From Octopus vulgaris (taxonomy: Eukaryota): a stretch of 64,000 nucleotides of DNA. Positions 12,359-24,880 of this stretch are shown here, one piece after another. The stretch spans positions 31,682,001 to 31,746,000 of the forward strand of contig OX597825.1 of the NCBI GenBank assembly GCA_951406725.2. The letters are read 5' to 3'. A program made the position numbers and the translations under genes. The notes under the pieces are model-generated. The model was not told the DNA's origin and searched no databases. It worked only from the letters and a program-made list of their open reading frames with translations. The first letter of the stretch is position 1, and each line of letters begins with the position of its first letter.

Positions 12359-12751
12359 AGGAGATATATTTAAGAATTTACAAAAAAATTTAAGGGACAG
12401 TATGGGAGGTAGGTTGGGGGGAAAGGAAGAGCAATGTGGAATTAAAAGGATTTTTTTTGTTTCTGGGCTAGTCTGTCATGGCTCAGTGGTTTTTGGGACT
12501 GGTCTTAGAGGTCAGAATGTTGTGAGTGTGTGTATCTCTGTGCACGTCTAAATGAGTGTGTGTGTGTATATACATATGTTTGTGTGTGAGGGCTGTTTTT
12601 TATTGGTCCCAGGGTTTACTGTGGCATGTATATATGGGTCTGTATGTGCTTTACATTTGGTAGGATGGTGTGTGTATATGTGTACACATAGTGAAACTGG
12701 TCAAGTGAATAAACACCTATAAAATTGCATTTTCAAACCTTTTAAACCATC

Positions 12752-12790
<39 letters not shown>

Positions 12791-13004
12791 GTATGTATAT
12801 ATATATATATTCATTATCACTGTTTTAATGATCATTTTGCCAGGGAAGAGACATAATTTGCTGAGGTGGATTTTCTTTAATTGTATAATCTCCTGATTCC
12901 AAGTAAGGTAATATTTCCACTTGGGTGAACATGCTTTCATAGAAACCTGAAAATGAATGACATAGCTTGGATGATGGTGACTCTCACTTAAAACTATAAC
13001 ACAA

Positions 13005-13412
13005 TATCAAAACACGGAGACACACACAAACCGCTGGATCAATCTGTACCAAATTTGGCATGAAGGTTTTCCATTACTTGGGGAAGGTTCTAGGGGGCTC
13101 AAATTTTTGCTCTTATCTATATAGGAGTTGTAGCCCCCCCCATGACCTTTATGATTTTTCTTCAGCGTTATAATACCAAATTTGGCATGATGGTTTTCCA
13201 TTACTTGGGGAAGGTTGTAGGGAGATCAAATTTTGGCCCTTGTTCATATAGTGAGCTGTAACCTCTCCCCATACGACCATTTCAATTTTTTTCTGTGGTA
13301 TAATAGTTTCATTCTTGTTGTTTCACTCTTATTCTTACTCTGTGTGTGTGTATGTGTGTGTTGCCTCTATGCATGGCTAAACCGCTGAATCAATCTGCAC
13401 CAAATTTGGCTG
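13005..13412. mobile_element. Non-autonomous element with internal ~130-bp repeats, possibly Helitron/Helentron-associated
   Basis: ACCAAATTTGGC occurs three times; GGTTTTCCATTACTTGGGGAAGGTT duplicated; class inferred from motif resemblance only. Confidence 0.4.
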
Positions 13413-13620
13413 TCAGGAAATTACATCAGTTTTGTTTTTTCCCCTTAAAAGTAAACGATTCTGAAATGCTTTTTAATTGTGATAAAGAAACAAGAATTTT
13501 AAAGAAAAAGAAACAGTAAGGTTTCTAAATAACAAAAGCTCTCCATACAGACACATATTGTTGTTTGTTTACATATTTCATGATGTTTGAACCATTGGTG
13601 ATATCCTGTACCATATATGC

Positions 13621-13669
<49 letters not shown>

Positions 13670-14099
13670 TATTTACTATTTATTATTTAATTGAACGCCA
13701 CGCATCCAGTTCCAAGTAAGTTTATCTTCACCTTTTTGATGCGACTCTCTTCTCTGTACTGTTTTCTTCCTCTGTTCTTCTCTAATTCCCTTTTTTTCCC
13801 CCTTTCTCCTTCACTGTTTTTATCTATCTCTCTCTCTCTCTCCCTGCTCTTTCGCTTTTTCCATTTCTCTCTCTCTCTCTCTCTCTTCCCGTTCTTTCTC
13901 TTTTTCCCTCTATCCCTCTCTCGTTGCTCACACATGACCATCATCCATCTTTCTTTTCTTCCAAGGACGTTCAAAAGAGCAGACGTTTTTTCTCTCTCTT
14001 CTATCTTTTCTCGTTTCAAAAATATATTTCTCACAGCATTCACTATTTTCCTCTTGTTTTGGGCTAATGACCCACCATGTTTGTTTTCATTCGATTTCC

Positions 14100-14384
14100 T
14101 TTGTATTTCTATTGTATGTCTTCATTTGCGCATGCTTATATCTCTATGTGCGTTTATGTTTATTTAGTGTGTGTATGTGGGGGGATGCCTGTAATATTTG
14201 TATCTTCTGTTTATATATGTTCATGTAATTTGTATTTTGTTTTTGTTGTTTTTGTTTATTCTTATTTTGTTCATGTGTTTACATGCACTTATTATTATCA
14301 TTACATATGCTTGTATGTATAACAACAATACTAGTAATAATAATAATAAATTAAATTTATGAAAAAAAAAAAATATATATATAA

Positions 14385-14480
<96 letters not shown>

Positions 14481-14653
14481 TATTTCTATTAGTTTATTTA
14501 TCTGTGTATTTATTATGTTTTCAGGATCCTCTATCGTCATATAAACAGAAGATACAAATATTACAGGCATCCCCCCACATACACACTAAATAAACATAAA
14601 CGCACATAGAGATACAAGCATGCGCAAATGAGGACATACAATAGAAATACAAA
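14100..14653. repeat. Inverted repeat, ~115-bp arms (14100-14215 / 14539-14653) around a (TA)n-rich spacer
   Basis: TTGTATTTCTATTGTATGTC..GGGGGATGCCTGTAATATTTGTATCTTCTGTTTATAT is reverse-complemented on the right with few mismatches. Confidence 0.9.
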
Positions 14654-14703
14654 ATGGCTGACGGTTAGTAAGGAGAGACACAAATAAGAAAGAAGAAAAC
14701 AAA

Positions 14704-14748
14704 GGACCACTGATGCTGTCACAGGAGTGTGACGAAAGAACTCTGGCC
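14704..14748 (+). ncRNA. Decayed hammerhead-like motif
   Basis: CCA-CTGATGCT-GTCACA ggag TGTGAC-GAAA-GAAC-TC-TGG; A9 substituted. Confidence 0.5.
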
Positions 14749-15090
14749 AAAATAAGATTAAGATTAATGTAAAAAATAAATAACACTGAAGCAAAATAAC
14801 ACCAAATATATAGTGCGTGTGTTTTTATTGGCTAAACTGGCAAAATGACCATTCCGAAATATAACAATATATATATATGTATATATACATACATATACAA
14901 AAATTTTATAATTATAAGAATAATTATAATTAAGGTTCAGCAAATTGCTTCACAACATACCGAAATTTAGAAATAGCAGTTAAATACTATTCCTCTACCA
15001 TAAGATATCTCCTAGACAACATGCTATATATTATTTACTATTTAATTGAACACTGCGCATCCATTTCCAAGTAAGTTTAGATATATATAT

Positions 15091-15391
15091 CACCGTGACC
15101 GACCAGGCTATCAGATGTTGCTACACATCACTGGTCACAATGCGCTTCACATTGTTTTAGCCTTCAAATGATGCCACCCTGCTGGCTAAGTGAGCAGGCC
15201 AACAGAAGAAAGAGTGAGAGAAAGTTGTGGTGAAAGAGTACAGCAGGGATCACCACCACCCCCTGCTGGAGCCTCGTGGAGCTTTAGGGCATTTTCGCTC
15301 AATAAACACTCACAACGCCCGATCTGGGAATTAAAACCGCGATTCTACAATCGCGAGTCCACTGCCCTAACCACTGGGCCATTGCACCTCC
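15091..15391 (-). mobile_element. tRNA-Arg-headed SINE family D (octopus OR-like); second copy at 15428-15668
   Basis: Minus: GGAGGTGCAATGGCCCAGTGGTTAGGGCAGTGGACTCGCG.. tRNA-like head with TCG at the anticodon position; tandem second copy. Confidence 0.8.
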
Positions 15392-16288
15392 ACACACACA
15401 CACACACATATATATACATACATTGTATATTGTTTTAGCCTTCAAATAACACCACCCTGCTGGCTAAGCGAGCAGGCCAACAGAAGAAAGAGTGAGAGAA
15501 AGTTGTGGCAAAAGAGTACGGCAGGGATCGCCATCACTCTCTGCCAGAGCCTCGTGGAGCTTTAGGTATTTTCGCTCAATAAACACTCACAACGCCCGGT
15601 CAGGGAATTGAAACCGCAATCCTACAACTGCGAATCTGCTGCCCTAACCACTGGGCCATTACACCTCCACACATACACATATATATATATGTGTGTATAC
15701 ATATACATATAGGTGTGAGCTTATGTGTACATGTATACATGAATTTGCTTATACAACACACATATGCATGTGAAATAACAAGATCTAACAAATGAAAGTA
15801 AAAGAAAGAGAGATGGAGAAGGAAAAATGGAATGCAAAATGGATGAGAATAAAAGAATCAAGAATATAAACGAAAGAATCATAAAATAAAACCAAAGATG
15901 AATATAAAAAGAAATCAGAACAATGGCATCAACAACTACAACAGCAACAGCAACAACCACAAGAACGATAACACAGATGAATTATATAAAAGAACAAGAG
16001 AGGAGATAAGGAGAGTAAAGAAGAATGTAATAAGAAACCTGTTGGGTTGGAAGCTGCCAGCCCAAGTCTTTAAATGCCAATATTGGTTTCATGACAATGC
16101 AAAGCCAAAGAGAATTTAAGGATTTCTACATGTTTTCTTGGCACTACCAACAAAATACCACCAGACAGGTAGACTGACAGACTGACAGACTGACAGACTG
16201 GCGGGCTGGCGGGCTGGCAGACTGGCAGACAGACTGTCTGATAAACAAAATAGACTAAACAAAGTGTGTACAGAGATGTAGACACACA

Positions 16289-16328
<40 letters not shown>

Positions 16329-16333
16329 CATGT

Positions 16334-16377
<44 letters not shown>

Positions 16378-16614
16378 ACATACATACACACACAGGCATG
16401 TGCACACACAAACACATGCACACACACACATGTATATACATATGTATATACATATGTGTGTATATACATGGGGGAGGGGTGAGTGTGTATTTATTTACTT
16501 GGCAAAACAAATGAATAAATGTAATGCTTTACTTTCGTTGTCGCCATTGTCACTATTTATCCTCCCCTCCTCCTCCTCCCCTTCTTCCTCACCATCATTG
16601 TTGTTATCAATACA

Positions 16615-16687
16615 TCAGCAACACCCACATCATTATCATCAACATCATCAGCAGCACCATCAATATCACTGTCACCATCACCATCAC

Positions 16688-16722
<35 letters not shown>

Positions 16723-16729
16723 CCATCAC

Positions 16730-16764
<35 letters not shown>

Positions 16765-17130
16765 CCATCCATTGTCATCACCATCATCATCATCATCATC
16801 ATCACCATCACCATCATCATCATCATCCTCATCATCCTCATCATCACCATCACCATCTTCAACATCATCCATTGTCATTACCATCATTATCATCGGCAGT
16901 GTCATCTTCAGTGCTCTCTGTCTCCATTGTTATTGCTGCTGTGGGTCACTGTCCGACATGTTGTCAGTGTCATCATCGGCACCACCTTCAGCAGCAGCAG
17001 CAGCAGCAGCAGTATTGGCAATATATTATCTCCATGATTCCCATCATCATCATCATTATCATCGACACTGCTACCACCACTATCGGCGTCATCATCATCA
17101 TCATCATTGTCATCATTATCATCATCATCG

Positions 17131-17173
<43 letters not shown>

Positions 17174-17290
17174 TGTCGTCGTCGTCATCATCATCATCAT
17201 CATTGTCATCATTATCATCATCATCATCATCATCATCATCGTCATCATCATCATCATCATCATCATCGTCATCACTGTCGGTGTCATCAC
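16615..17290. repeat. Compound (CAT)n/(CAC)n/(CAG)n microsatellite
   Basis: Direct reading; source of the 380-aa and 261-aa spurious ORFs. Confidence 0.95.
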
Positions 17291-17629
17291 AATGGGATTA
17301 TCACTATGACCATTGTCATTAGCCTGTGCCCTCCCACTACTCTCTGCTTCTACCCTCTCTCCCCCTACTCCTCATCTCCAACATTATTTTTTACAACCAA
17401 GCTGCATTCCTCTTTCCCACCCACCTCAACCCGCCATGCTGTCTGTCATGTGTTAGATGTTGTTAAATATAACATCTTTCCACGCATCTTATCTCCCTCA
17501 TCCCCAGATGACAGCATGCACCACCATCACACCCTGTTCTAGCTCTGATGACACATACAAACCATGGTATTTCTATCTTATTCTTGTCTTGTTTTTGAGA
17601 TTTTTCACAGATTTCTTTGTTTTATTCTT

Positions 17630-18110
17630 CAAGCTGGCAGAATCATTAGCACATTGGACAAAATGCTTGGTGCCATTTCTTCTGGATTCAAGTTCTGAGT
17701 TCAAATCCTGCTAAGGTCGAGTTTGCCTTTCATCTTTTTGGGGTTGATAAATTAAGTACCAGTTGAGTATTGGGGTCAATGTAATTGACTTACCCCTCCC
17801 TGAAAATTTAAGGCCTTGTGCCTATAGTAGAAAGGATTATCATCATCATCATCATCATCGTCGTCATTGTTGTCATCGTCGTCGTCGTCATCATCATTAT
17901 TAAGGTGGCACACTGGCAGAATCATTAGCACACAGGGTAAAATGCTTAATAGCTTTTCATCTGTCTTTACATTCTGAGTTCAAATTCCACTGAAGTCAAC
18001 TTTGCCTTTCATTCTTTCAGGAGCGATAAAATAGGTGCCAGTTACTCATTGGGGTGGATGTAATCAACTAGACCCCACTCAACAAAATTCCAGGCCTTGT
18101 GCCTAATGTA
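17630..18110 (+). mobile_element. Two tandem SINE family B copies (alternative GGCCTTGTGCC tail)
   Basis: CTGGCAGAATCATTAGCAC..GAGTTCAAAT..TTTGCCTTTCAT..GGCCTTGTGCC twice; another copy at 18884-19085. Confidence 0.8.
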
Positions 18111-18198
18111 AACCCTTTGTGGTCAATAAAGAAATTATAATGGAATGGAAGGTTTATGATACCTGTAGAGTACCTCCTTCTCCCATTATAATTATTTT

Positions 18199-18578
18199 TG
18201 TAGTTTCAAGGACCTGGAACACGAAGTAGAAGTTCGGAAGCAGAGTAAAATTCAATAGCCATTTATTTACAGAGTTCTCATTCATGTGGTTCACTCTCGG
18301 TGACCATTACCTCTGGAGTTAAGCATGTTGAGTCAGAGTGGGACAAGAGTCTGCTATGAGCTGCTGGCTTTGCAGTGTTTCTTGGCATTGAATGTGAGAA
18401 GAGTGAGAGAGTGAATGTTGCCGTTTCTTGCTTAAATACTGGTTGCCAGTGAGAATCTCGTGGTCGTCTCGCGCATGGCAAATGGTTGCAAGTGAGATCT
18501 CGTTCTTGTCTCGTACATGGCAATGGCTACCACCGAGATCTCCTTCATAATGTCTCTGGCTTCTTGTGCCTCACTAGA
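18199..18578 (-). mobile_element. Possible solo LTR
   Basis: Termini TGTAGT..ACTAGA (near-inverted); minus-strand TATTTAA and AATAAA in LTR order; no TSD found. Confidence 0.35.
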
Positions 18579-19351
18579 ATGCTAGCGTGAAAATAGAGAA
18601 TAAGTGGAGCAGGCACAAGAAAAGAGCCAAGATTGCAAACAACAAGATATGGTACAAAATGTGACGAGTCAAAAGAAGATAATTACAAGAAATATAAATG
18701 GGCATGCACAAAATTTTGACAAAATGTTCAATGGCAAAGCATTGGAATTGTTAAGAAAGCAATTATCTATCACAGGAAACACAAAAGATGTCATATATAT
18801 ATCGTTGTGGTACATTTTTGGGGCCAATGCACAGTACGGCCTGTCCTGGTGACATAAGGTTTGTTTGTGTGTGTGTGTGTGAAGGCAGCAAGCTGGCAGG
18901 AACGTTAGCACACTGGGCTAAATGTTTAGTGGAATTTTGTCCATCTTTACATTTTGAGTTCAAATTCTGCCAAGGTTGACTTTGCTTTTCATACTTTGGG
19001 CAAGGACCAGTTGAGTACTAGGTTTGATGTGATTCATTTATCCCCAGCTTCTGAAATTGCTGGCCTTGTGCCAAAATTTAAAACCAATATATACATATAT
19101 ATATATATTTTTTTTTTTTTAAATTAAGGATAAAATCTTTATAAGAAATTATCAGTAGTTAGCGTGAAAAACCTCGTAAGAGAAAAAATCTAAATTTTTC
19201 CACTTTGAAAATATTTATTTATATTATATAGAGGGTACTATTATTCATAGGTACCGCATGCTAGGAGAGACTCTTGCAGTCAAAACTACTAAAATAAACA
19301 AATTGTACCAAATGCAAAACTTCAAAGCAAGTCATTTAAAAACAGAATTTA

Positions 19352-19415
19352 GTTACATATCACCTGTGATTTCGCAATCAATGCAGAATATGCATTCTAT
19401 GCTCTTCAGTGCAAC
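19352..19415 (-). ncRNA. Type I hammerhead motif, canonical core (left arm)
   Basis: Reverse complement of 19526-19589. Confidence 0.75.
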
Positions 19416-19525
19416 GAACTCAAGACATGTAAGGAAAAAACACAACATAGCATACCCGACAGCCAACCGTAGAATTCGTCATAGCATGTACGAATGTTTA
19501 TCTTTACATACGAATGTTTATCTTC

Positions 19526-19589
19526 GTTGCACTGAAGAGCATAGAATGCATATTCTGCATTGATTGCGAAATCACAGGTGATATGTAAC
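19526..19589 (+). ncRNA. Type I hammerhead motif, canonical core (right arm)
   Basis: GTTGCA-CTGAAGA-GCA..TGC-GAAA-TCAC ag GTGA-TA-TGTAAC; all three helices pair; AUA site. Confidence 0.78.
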
Positions 19590-19710
19590 TAAATTCTGTT
19601 TTTAAATGACTTGCTTTGAAGTTTTGCATTCGGTACAATTTGTATATTTTAGTAGTTTTGACTGCAAGAGTCCCTCCTAGCGTGCGGTACCTATGAATAA
19701 TAGTACCCTC

Positions 19711-19757
<47 letters not shown>

Positions 19758-19760
<3 letters not shown>

Positions 19761-20204
19761 GTCATCATTGACTTACAACCTATCCTACTTACGACGTACC
19801 CAAATTCTAACTCATCGATTTTACGATGATTGGCATGCTGGCTCCCGGCAGCAATAATAAATAGTCCAGTTGAAATATAATAGGTTTCATTTCTTAGAAA
19901 TTAACATATCTACTGATGATGTCAGCTAAGAAGTGCTTCTCCTAGGTTTGGTCATCAATCCCCACTGTGGTTATCCCAAATGTTGGATAAATATCCTGTC
20001 ATGGAGACATTGAGGCAACTTCATATTTGTTTATGAGATGATTGCTTGAAACTTCAAAATTTTTGACCAATGCTGTGTATAACTTTTACCTGAGAATGTA
20101 CCTTAAGAATGTAAAAATATAAAACAATGGTGTGTATAGGCCTATAGGCTGACTTACGACCAGCCAGTTGGAACCAGTTGTGGTAATAAGTTGACAACAA
20201 CCTG
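19758..20204. mobile_element. Tigger/pogo-like MITE
   Basis: TA flanks; TIRs CAGGTCATCATTGACTTACAACC / GGTAATAAGTTGACAACAACCTG, consistent with CpG decay of CAGGTCGTCGTCGACTTACGACC. Confidence 0.7.
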
Positions 20205-20919
20205 TATACATACATACATATATATATATATATATGTATATATATACATATATATATGTATATATGTATGTATATGTACACATGCTTGTGTTTATGTGCA
20301 TGTTTTTGGGTGTATATATACATACATACATATATATATGTATATTTATTTATATATTGACAGAGAGAGAAGGAGAGAGAGAGAGAGAAGGAGAGAGAGA
20401 GAGAGAAGGAGAGAGAGAGAGAGAAGGAGAGAGAGAGAGAGAAGGAGAGAGAGAGAGAAGGAGAGAGAGAGAGAGAAGGAGAGAGAGAGAGAGAGAGATG
20501 ATAAAAATATATAACACACACACACATATACACACACACATACACACACACACACATGACTGCCAATATTTTCATGTTCTTTATTGAAGTACAGTTAATC
20601 TCCAAGGGATGGAGTCATGCTCTTGCCATTATGATGTAAGCCTTCGTCATCACAGGAACACATGACAGAAAGGCACAGCATCTTTAGTTTCAGTGCATAA
20701 TGTGGTCATATGCCATATACATGTATGTGTGTGTGTATGCACACCCGCGTGTGTTTGTGTGTACATATGTATATGCACATACATATACATATGTATATAT
20801 CTATGTCTATCTACCTGTTTATATCCATCTATCTATATATATGTATGTATATATGTGTATATGTGTGTGTGTTTGCGTGTGTATATATATATATATATAC
20901 ACACATATATATATACAAT

Positions 20920-20962
<43 letters not shown>

Positions 20963-21051
20963 GATAGATAGATAGATAGATAGATTATACATACATTTAT
21001 GTATGGATATATCTGTGTGTGTATGTGTATATATATATTTATATATTTATG

Positions 21052-21211
21052 TGGAGTGGCTGTGTGGTAAGTAGCTTGCTTGCCAACCACATGGTTGCAG
21101 GTTCAGTCCCACTGCATGGCACCTCGGGCAAGTGTCTTCTACTATAGCCTCGGGCTGACCAAAGCCTTGTGAGTGGATTTGGTAGATGGAAACTGGAAGA
21201 AGCCCGTTGTA

Positions 21212-21261
<50 letters not shown>

Positions 21262-21304
21262 CCACCTGCCTTCGTTTTTTGTCTATTTTCATAAAGCTTC
21301 CCGT

Positions 21305-21377
<73 letters not shown>

Positions 21378-21575
21378 ATGTTTGTGTGTCTGTGTTTGTC
21401 CTCCTTGACAACCGATGCTGGTGTGTTTATGTCCCCGACCATTAGCGGTTCGGCTAAAGAGACCGATAGAATAAGTACTGGGCTTACAAAGAATAAGTCC
21501 CGGTTTCGAGTTGCTCGATTAAAGGCGTGCTCCAGCATGGCCGCAGTCAAATAACTGAAACAAGTAAAGGAGTAA
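21052..21575 (+). mobile_element. SINE family A, full copy with a ~50-bp foreign insert in its internal (TA)n
   Basis: Family A head and tail; non-SINE segment at 21256-21305. Confidence 0.85.
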
Positions 21576-21992
21576 GAGTAAAGAGTATATGTACATATAC
21601 AAACACACACACACACAAACACACACGCGCATATATGTACAAACATATGCATATATATGCATGTGTATATATAAATGTACTTGTATGTGCATGTAGAGTC
21701 AGTCAGTCAGACAGACAGACAGAGAAAGAGAGAGAGAGAGAGAGCCAGAATTAGAGAGAGGGTGTAGGAAGGTAAAGATGAAATATATAGACTTCGCACA
21801 AGAATATGAACATGTCTCTCCGTTATATTTGGGATCATATTTTCAGCTGCTCATAATTAAAAGGCCTAGAAAGATTTTGTTTCACTACAGTTTCTTGGAA
21901 TCTTGCTTTGCCATGATTGGCTGTCAAATTATGGGACAGGAAAAGAGGTGTGGAAGCAATGAAATCCAGTAACTGTGAAGTTAATGTTGTTG

Positions 21993-22057
<65 letters not shown>

Positions 22058-22121
22058 TTGCTGCTACTGTTGGAGTTGTTGCTGTTGTTCATATTTGATT
22101 TTAGACTGTTGAAAGTGGGTG

Positions 22122-22158
<37 letters not shown>

Positions 22159-22180
22159 TGTGTGTACACATGTGTGTTTG

Positions 22181-22230
<50 letters not shown>

Positions 22231-22519
22231 AGATCAGGATTCGAGTAAATCAGGCACTTAAACGGTAAGGCACCAGGGTGGGTCATAAAATAAAATGTTT
22301 ACACAACAAAAGGAGAGGAATACATATGTGAGTACCAAAGTACAGGTGGAAAAATATTCAGGTTATCTCTACGATGAACTGAACCTAACTGAGTACAGCA
22401 CAAACCCCAAGGCTAATCGAAGCAATGCACATTGCACTAGATGTACAGTTCATAATATATTTCGGATTCACGCAAGATGCAAGTTCTGAGTGAGGTGAAT
22501 AATAAACAAATAAATAAAT

Positions 22520-22728
22520 AACAGAGGGATAATGTATCACTCCACTACAGCTGTTTCCAACGAGTTTTTAATTGGTCATAGAGACATGAAGTGGCACAAG
22601 CTGTTGGCTTTCATGATTCATGTATTCACCTTAAAAAAACGGTTTTTTCTAATGATGTAATTTCACCATTTATAAATTAAAAACTTGTTGGAAACAGCTG
22701 TAGTGGATTGACACAATATCTATCTGTT
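22520..22728. repeat. Inverted repeat (54-bp arms) with decayed hammerhead at 22624-22708 (+)
   Basis: TCCACTACAGCTGTTTCCAACGAGTTTTTAATT vs AATTAAAAACTTGTTGGAAACAGCTGTAGTGGA; ATTCAC-CTTAAAA..GAAA-CAGCTG-TA-GTGGAT. Confidence 0.7.
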
Positions 22729-22772
22729 GTTATGTAAATAAATAAATATGTATGTATGTATGTGTGTATATA

Positions 22773-22815
<43 letters not shown>

Positions 22816-22877
22816 ATATATATTTCATTTTGGGATTTAGTTTGCAAGATTCTTTATGTGAGTTAGTGTGTTGAAGC

Positions 22878-23133
22878 ATATTCTGTTTTGTCTGGGAAGA
22901 GTCATTCTCTTTTAGTGCCTTATAATTTAATACACTCACAGTAAAATTTCTACTCATTTACTTGTTTATTTTTTTTTAATTTTCATTGCGTCTTACAACT
23001 TATGGAAAATATTGCAAGATTCAACGAAAATTTTAGAAAAATAAATAAGTGGATGAGTGGAATTTTTACCAGTGAATGTGTTAAATCATAAGGCACTAAA
23101 AGAGAATGACTCTCGCCAGACACAGCAGAATAT
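22878..23133. repeat. Hairpin, ~120-bp diverged arms with 13-nt spacer
   Basis: GAGTCATTCTCTTTTAGTGCCTTAT vs ATAAGGCACTAAAAGAGAATGACTC; same family as 42069-42190. Confidence 0.85.
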
Positions 23134-23346
23134 ATATATATATATATGCATATATGGGTACAGGACATCACCAACAGTAAACAACATGAAATGCGAAACA
23201 AACGAGTTAAATATTCAAACAACAAGAGAAATAAATGGAAAACAGGACAAGTAACACAAAGAACGACCCTTCATCAGTTGTCAGCTATCTATCTACTCCT
23301 CATTTTGAGCACTGAATGACAATATGAGTCTTTGAAGACAGTTGCC

Positions 23347-23835
23347 CATCATCATCATCTTTTAATGTCCGCTTTCCATGCTGGCATGGGTTGGACGGTT
23401 TGACTGAGGGCTGGTGACCCAGAAAGCTGCACCAGACTCCAGTCTTATCTGGTAAATTTCTACAGCTGGTTGCCCTTCTTAACGCCAACAACTCTGAGAG
23501 TGTAGTGGGTGCTTTTACATGCCACCAGCATGAGGGCCAGTCAGGCAGTACTGGCATTAGCCACACTCAAATGGTGCTTTTTGCATGCCACCTGCACAGG
23601 AGCCAGTCCAGTGGCACTGGCAATGATCACGCGCGAATGGTGCTTTTTGCATGCCACCAGCATGGGAGCCAGTCAGTGGCCCTGGCATCGATCACACTCA
23701 AATGGAGCTTTTAACATTCCAATGGCATGGGTGCCAATCAGGTGGTACTGTCATCAGCCACAACAGCGATTTCATTTGCCTCAACAGGTCTTCGCAAACG
23801 TAGTTTATTGTCCAATGATTGAAGAGTCCTCTTAA
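23347..23835 (-). mobile_element. Family E element with internal ~65-bp tandem repeats
   Basis: (ATC)n, TTTCCATGCTGGCATGGGTTGGACGG, then repeated TGCCACC.GCA..GCCAGTC..TGGCA..AATGGTGCTTTT. Confidence 0.75.
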
Positions 23836-23944
23836 ATGGGCTGGTTATACATACACACATACATACACATACATACATACATACATACATACATACATAC
23901 ATACATACATACATACATACATACATACATGCATACATATATAC

Positions 23945-24474
23945 ATGGTGGCTGCCCCCTCGTTATCAAGTATGGCCATTGCACGAAGCCTAATCAATGT
24001 TGTTATCGTGCAATGCCTGTGCAAGAAGATTTTTTTTAAAGTGAGGAAAGGCTGTGCACTGAGTCAATCCCACTCACTAAGCAACAGCAGCCATAATCCG
24101 AAAAGAAGAACAAGTCGACATCATCGGTAACCACTGAGCCACAGGTTTTATGTCGGAGTTATCCCAGTTACCTGAGTTACCTTCTCCTAGAAGGATGCCC
24201 TAACAAAGGCTAGGAGTCCTTCACTCCCAATGGTTTAATCGCGCGATCGGGTATTCAGTCCAATTATTTCTATGTCTCCGCACATGATATAGCCTTAAGA
24301 CATTTATTGGATGGCCATTGACACTCAAGAGTTCCTCCGCCCTTTGGCGGGTTTTGTTTTTCATCCCCCTCACCAAGCAAGCTTGGTGGGGTTGCCAGTT
24401 TAGTCGCTGACGACCGACCATGCAACAGGTTGTACTGGGTTGCATGTTACCAGCAGCACTCGAAAGTGACCTGA
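23945..24474. mobile_element. Unclassified ~530-bp insert within a (CATA)n array
   Basis: Higher-GC complex sequence with (CATA)n on both sides; class not determined. Confidence 0.4.
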
Positions 24475-24504
24475 CATACATACATACATACATACATACA
24501 TACA

Positions 24505-24565
<61 letters not shown>

Positions 24566-24619
24566 CATCATTTGATATGATTTGTTAAGTCATTTTTAAG
24601 TCAAATTTTGTGGCATTAT

Positions 24620-24880
24620 GGCCCATTCAAGTAGGGAGTTTTTTATTGACTGAAATGTATCCATGTATAGGTGGCTTATCTGGCATTCCTTGAAGGGTTT
24701 TGTCCAGATATTGTTTGAAGATGGTGGGATCTTTTTCTTTTCTCAGTTGCTTTGGGATGTTGTTAAATGGAGCAAGGCCTGTTAAGGAATAGAAATTGTT
24801 TTGCAGTGAATTTGTGTTGTGCGCCTGAATTGTGCTGGGAGAGTATGACCCATGACCCCAGCCTTAGATGAATTCTGAAC
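24620..24880 (-). pseudogene. CR1-group LINE ORF2 C-terminal fragment
   Basis: Manual translation NNFYSLTGLAPFNNIPKQLRKEKDPTIFKQYLDKTLQGMPDKPPIHGY resembles F...G..LFN.LP..IR....FK..LD..L...PD.P. Confidence 0.6.

Larger units (their letters stand above)
19221..19720. mobile_element. Fold-back insert, ~198-bp arms at ~98% identity, one hammerhead per arm
   Basis: 19221-19418 is the reverse complement of 19523-19720 with about 4 mismatches; right end runs into (TA)n. Confidence 0.9.

Noticed and set aside
16400-17542. 380-aa His/Ser-rich ORF and similar long low-complexity ORFs (29101, 33969, 43480, 46418, 62220)
   Set aside because: Translations of stop-free microsatellites, open in several frames and strands
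19221-19720. Arm mismatches as traces of A-to-I editing
   Set aside because: Too few, and partly explained by CpG transitions
23262-23290. CTGATGA on the minus strand (also at ~28660)
   Set aside because: No GAAA or stem III at a suitable distance
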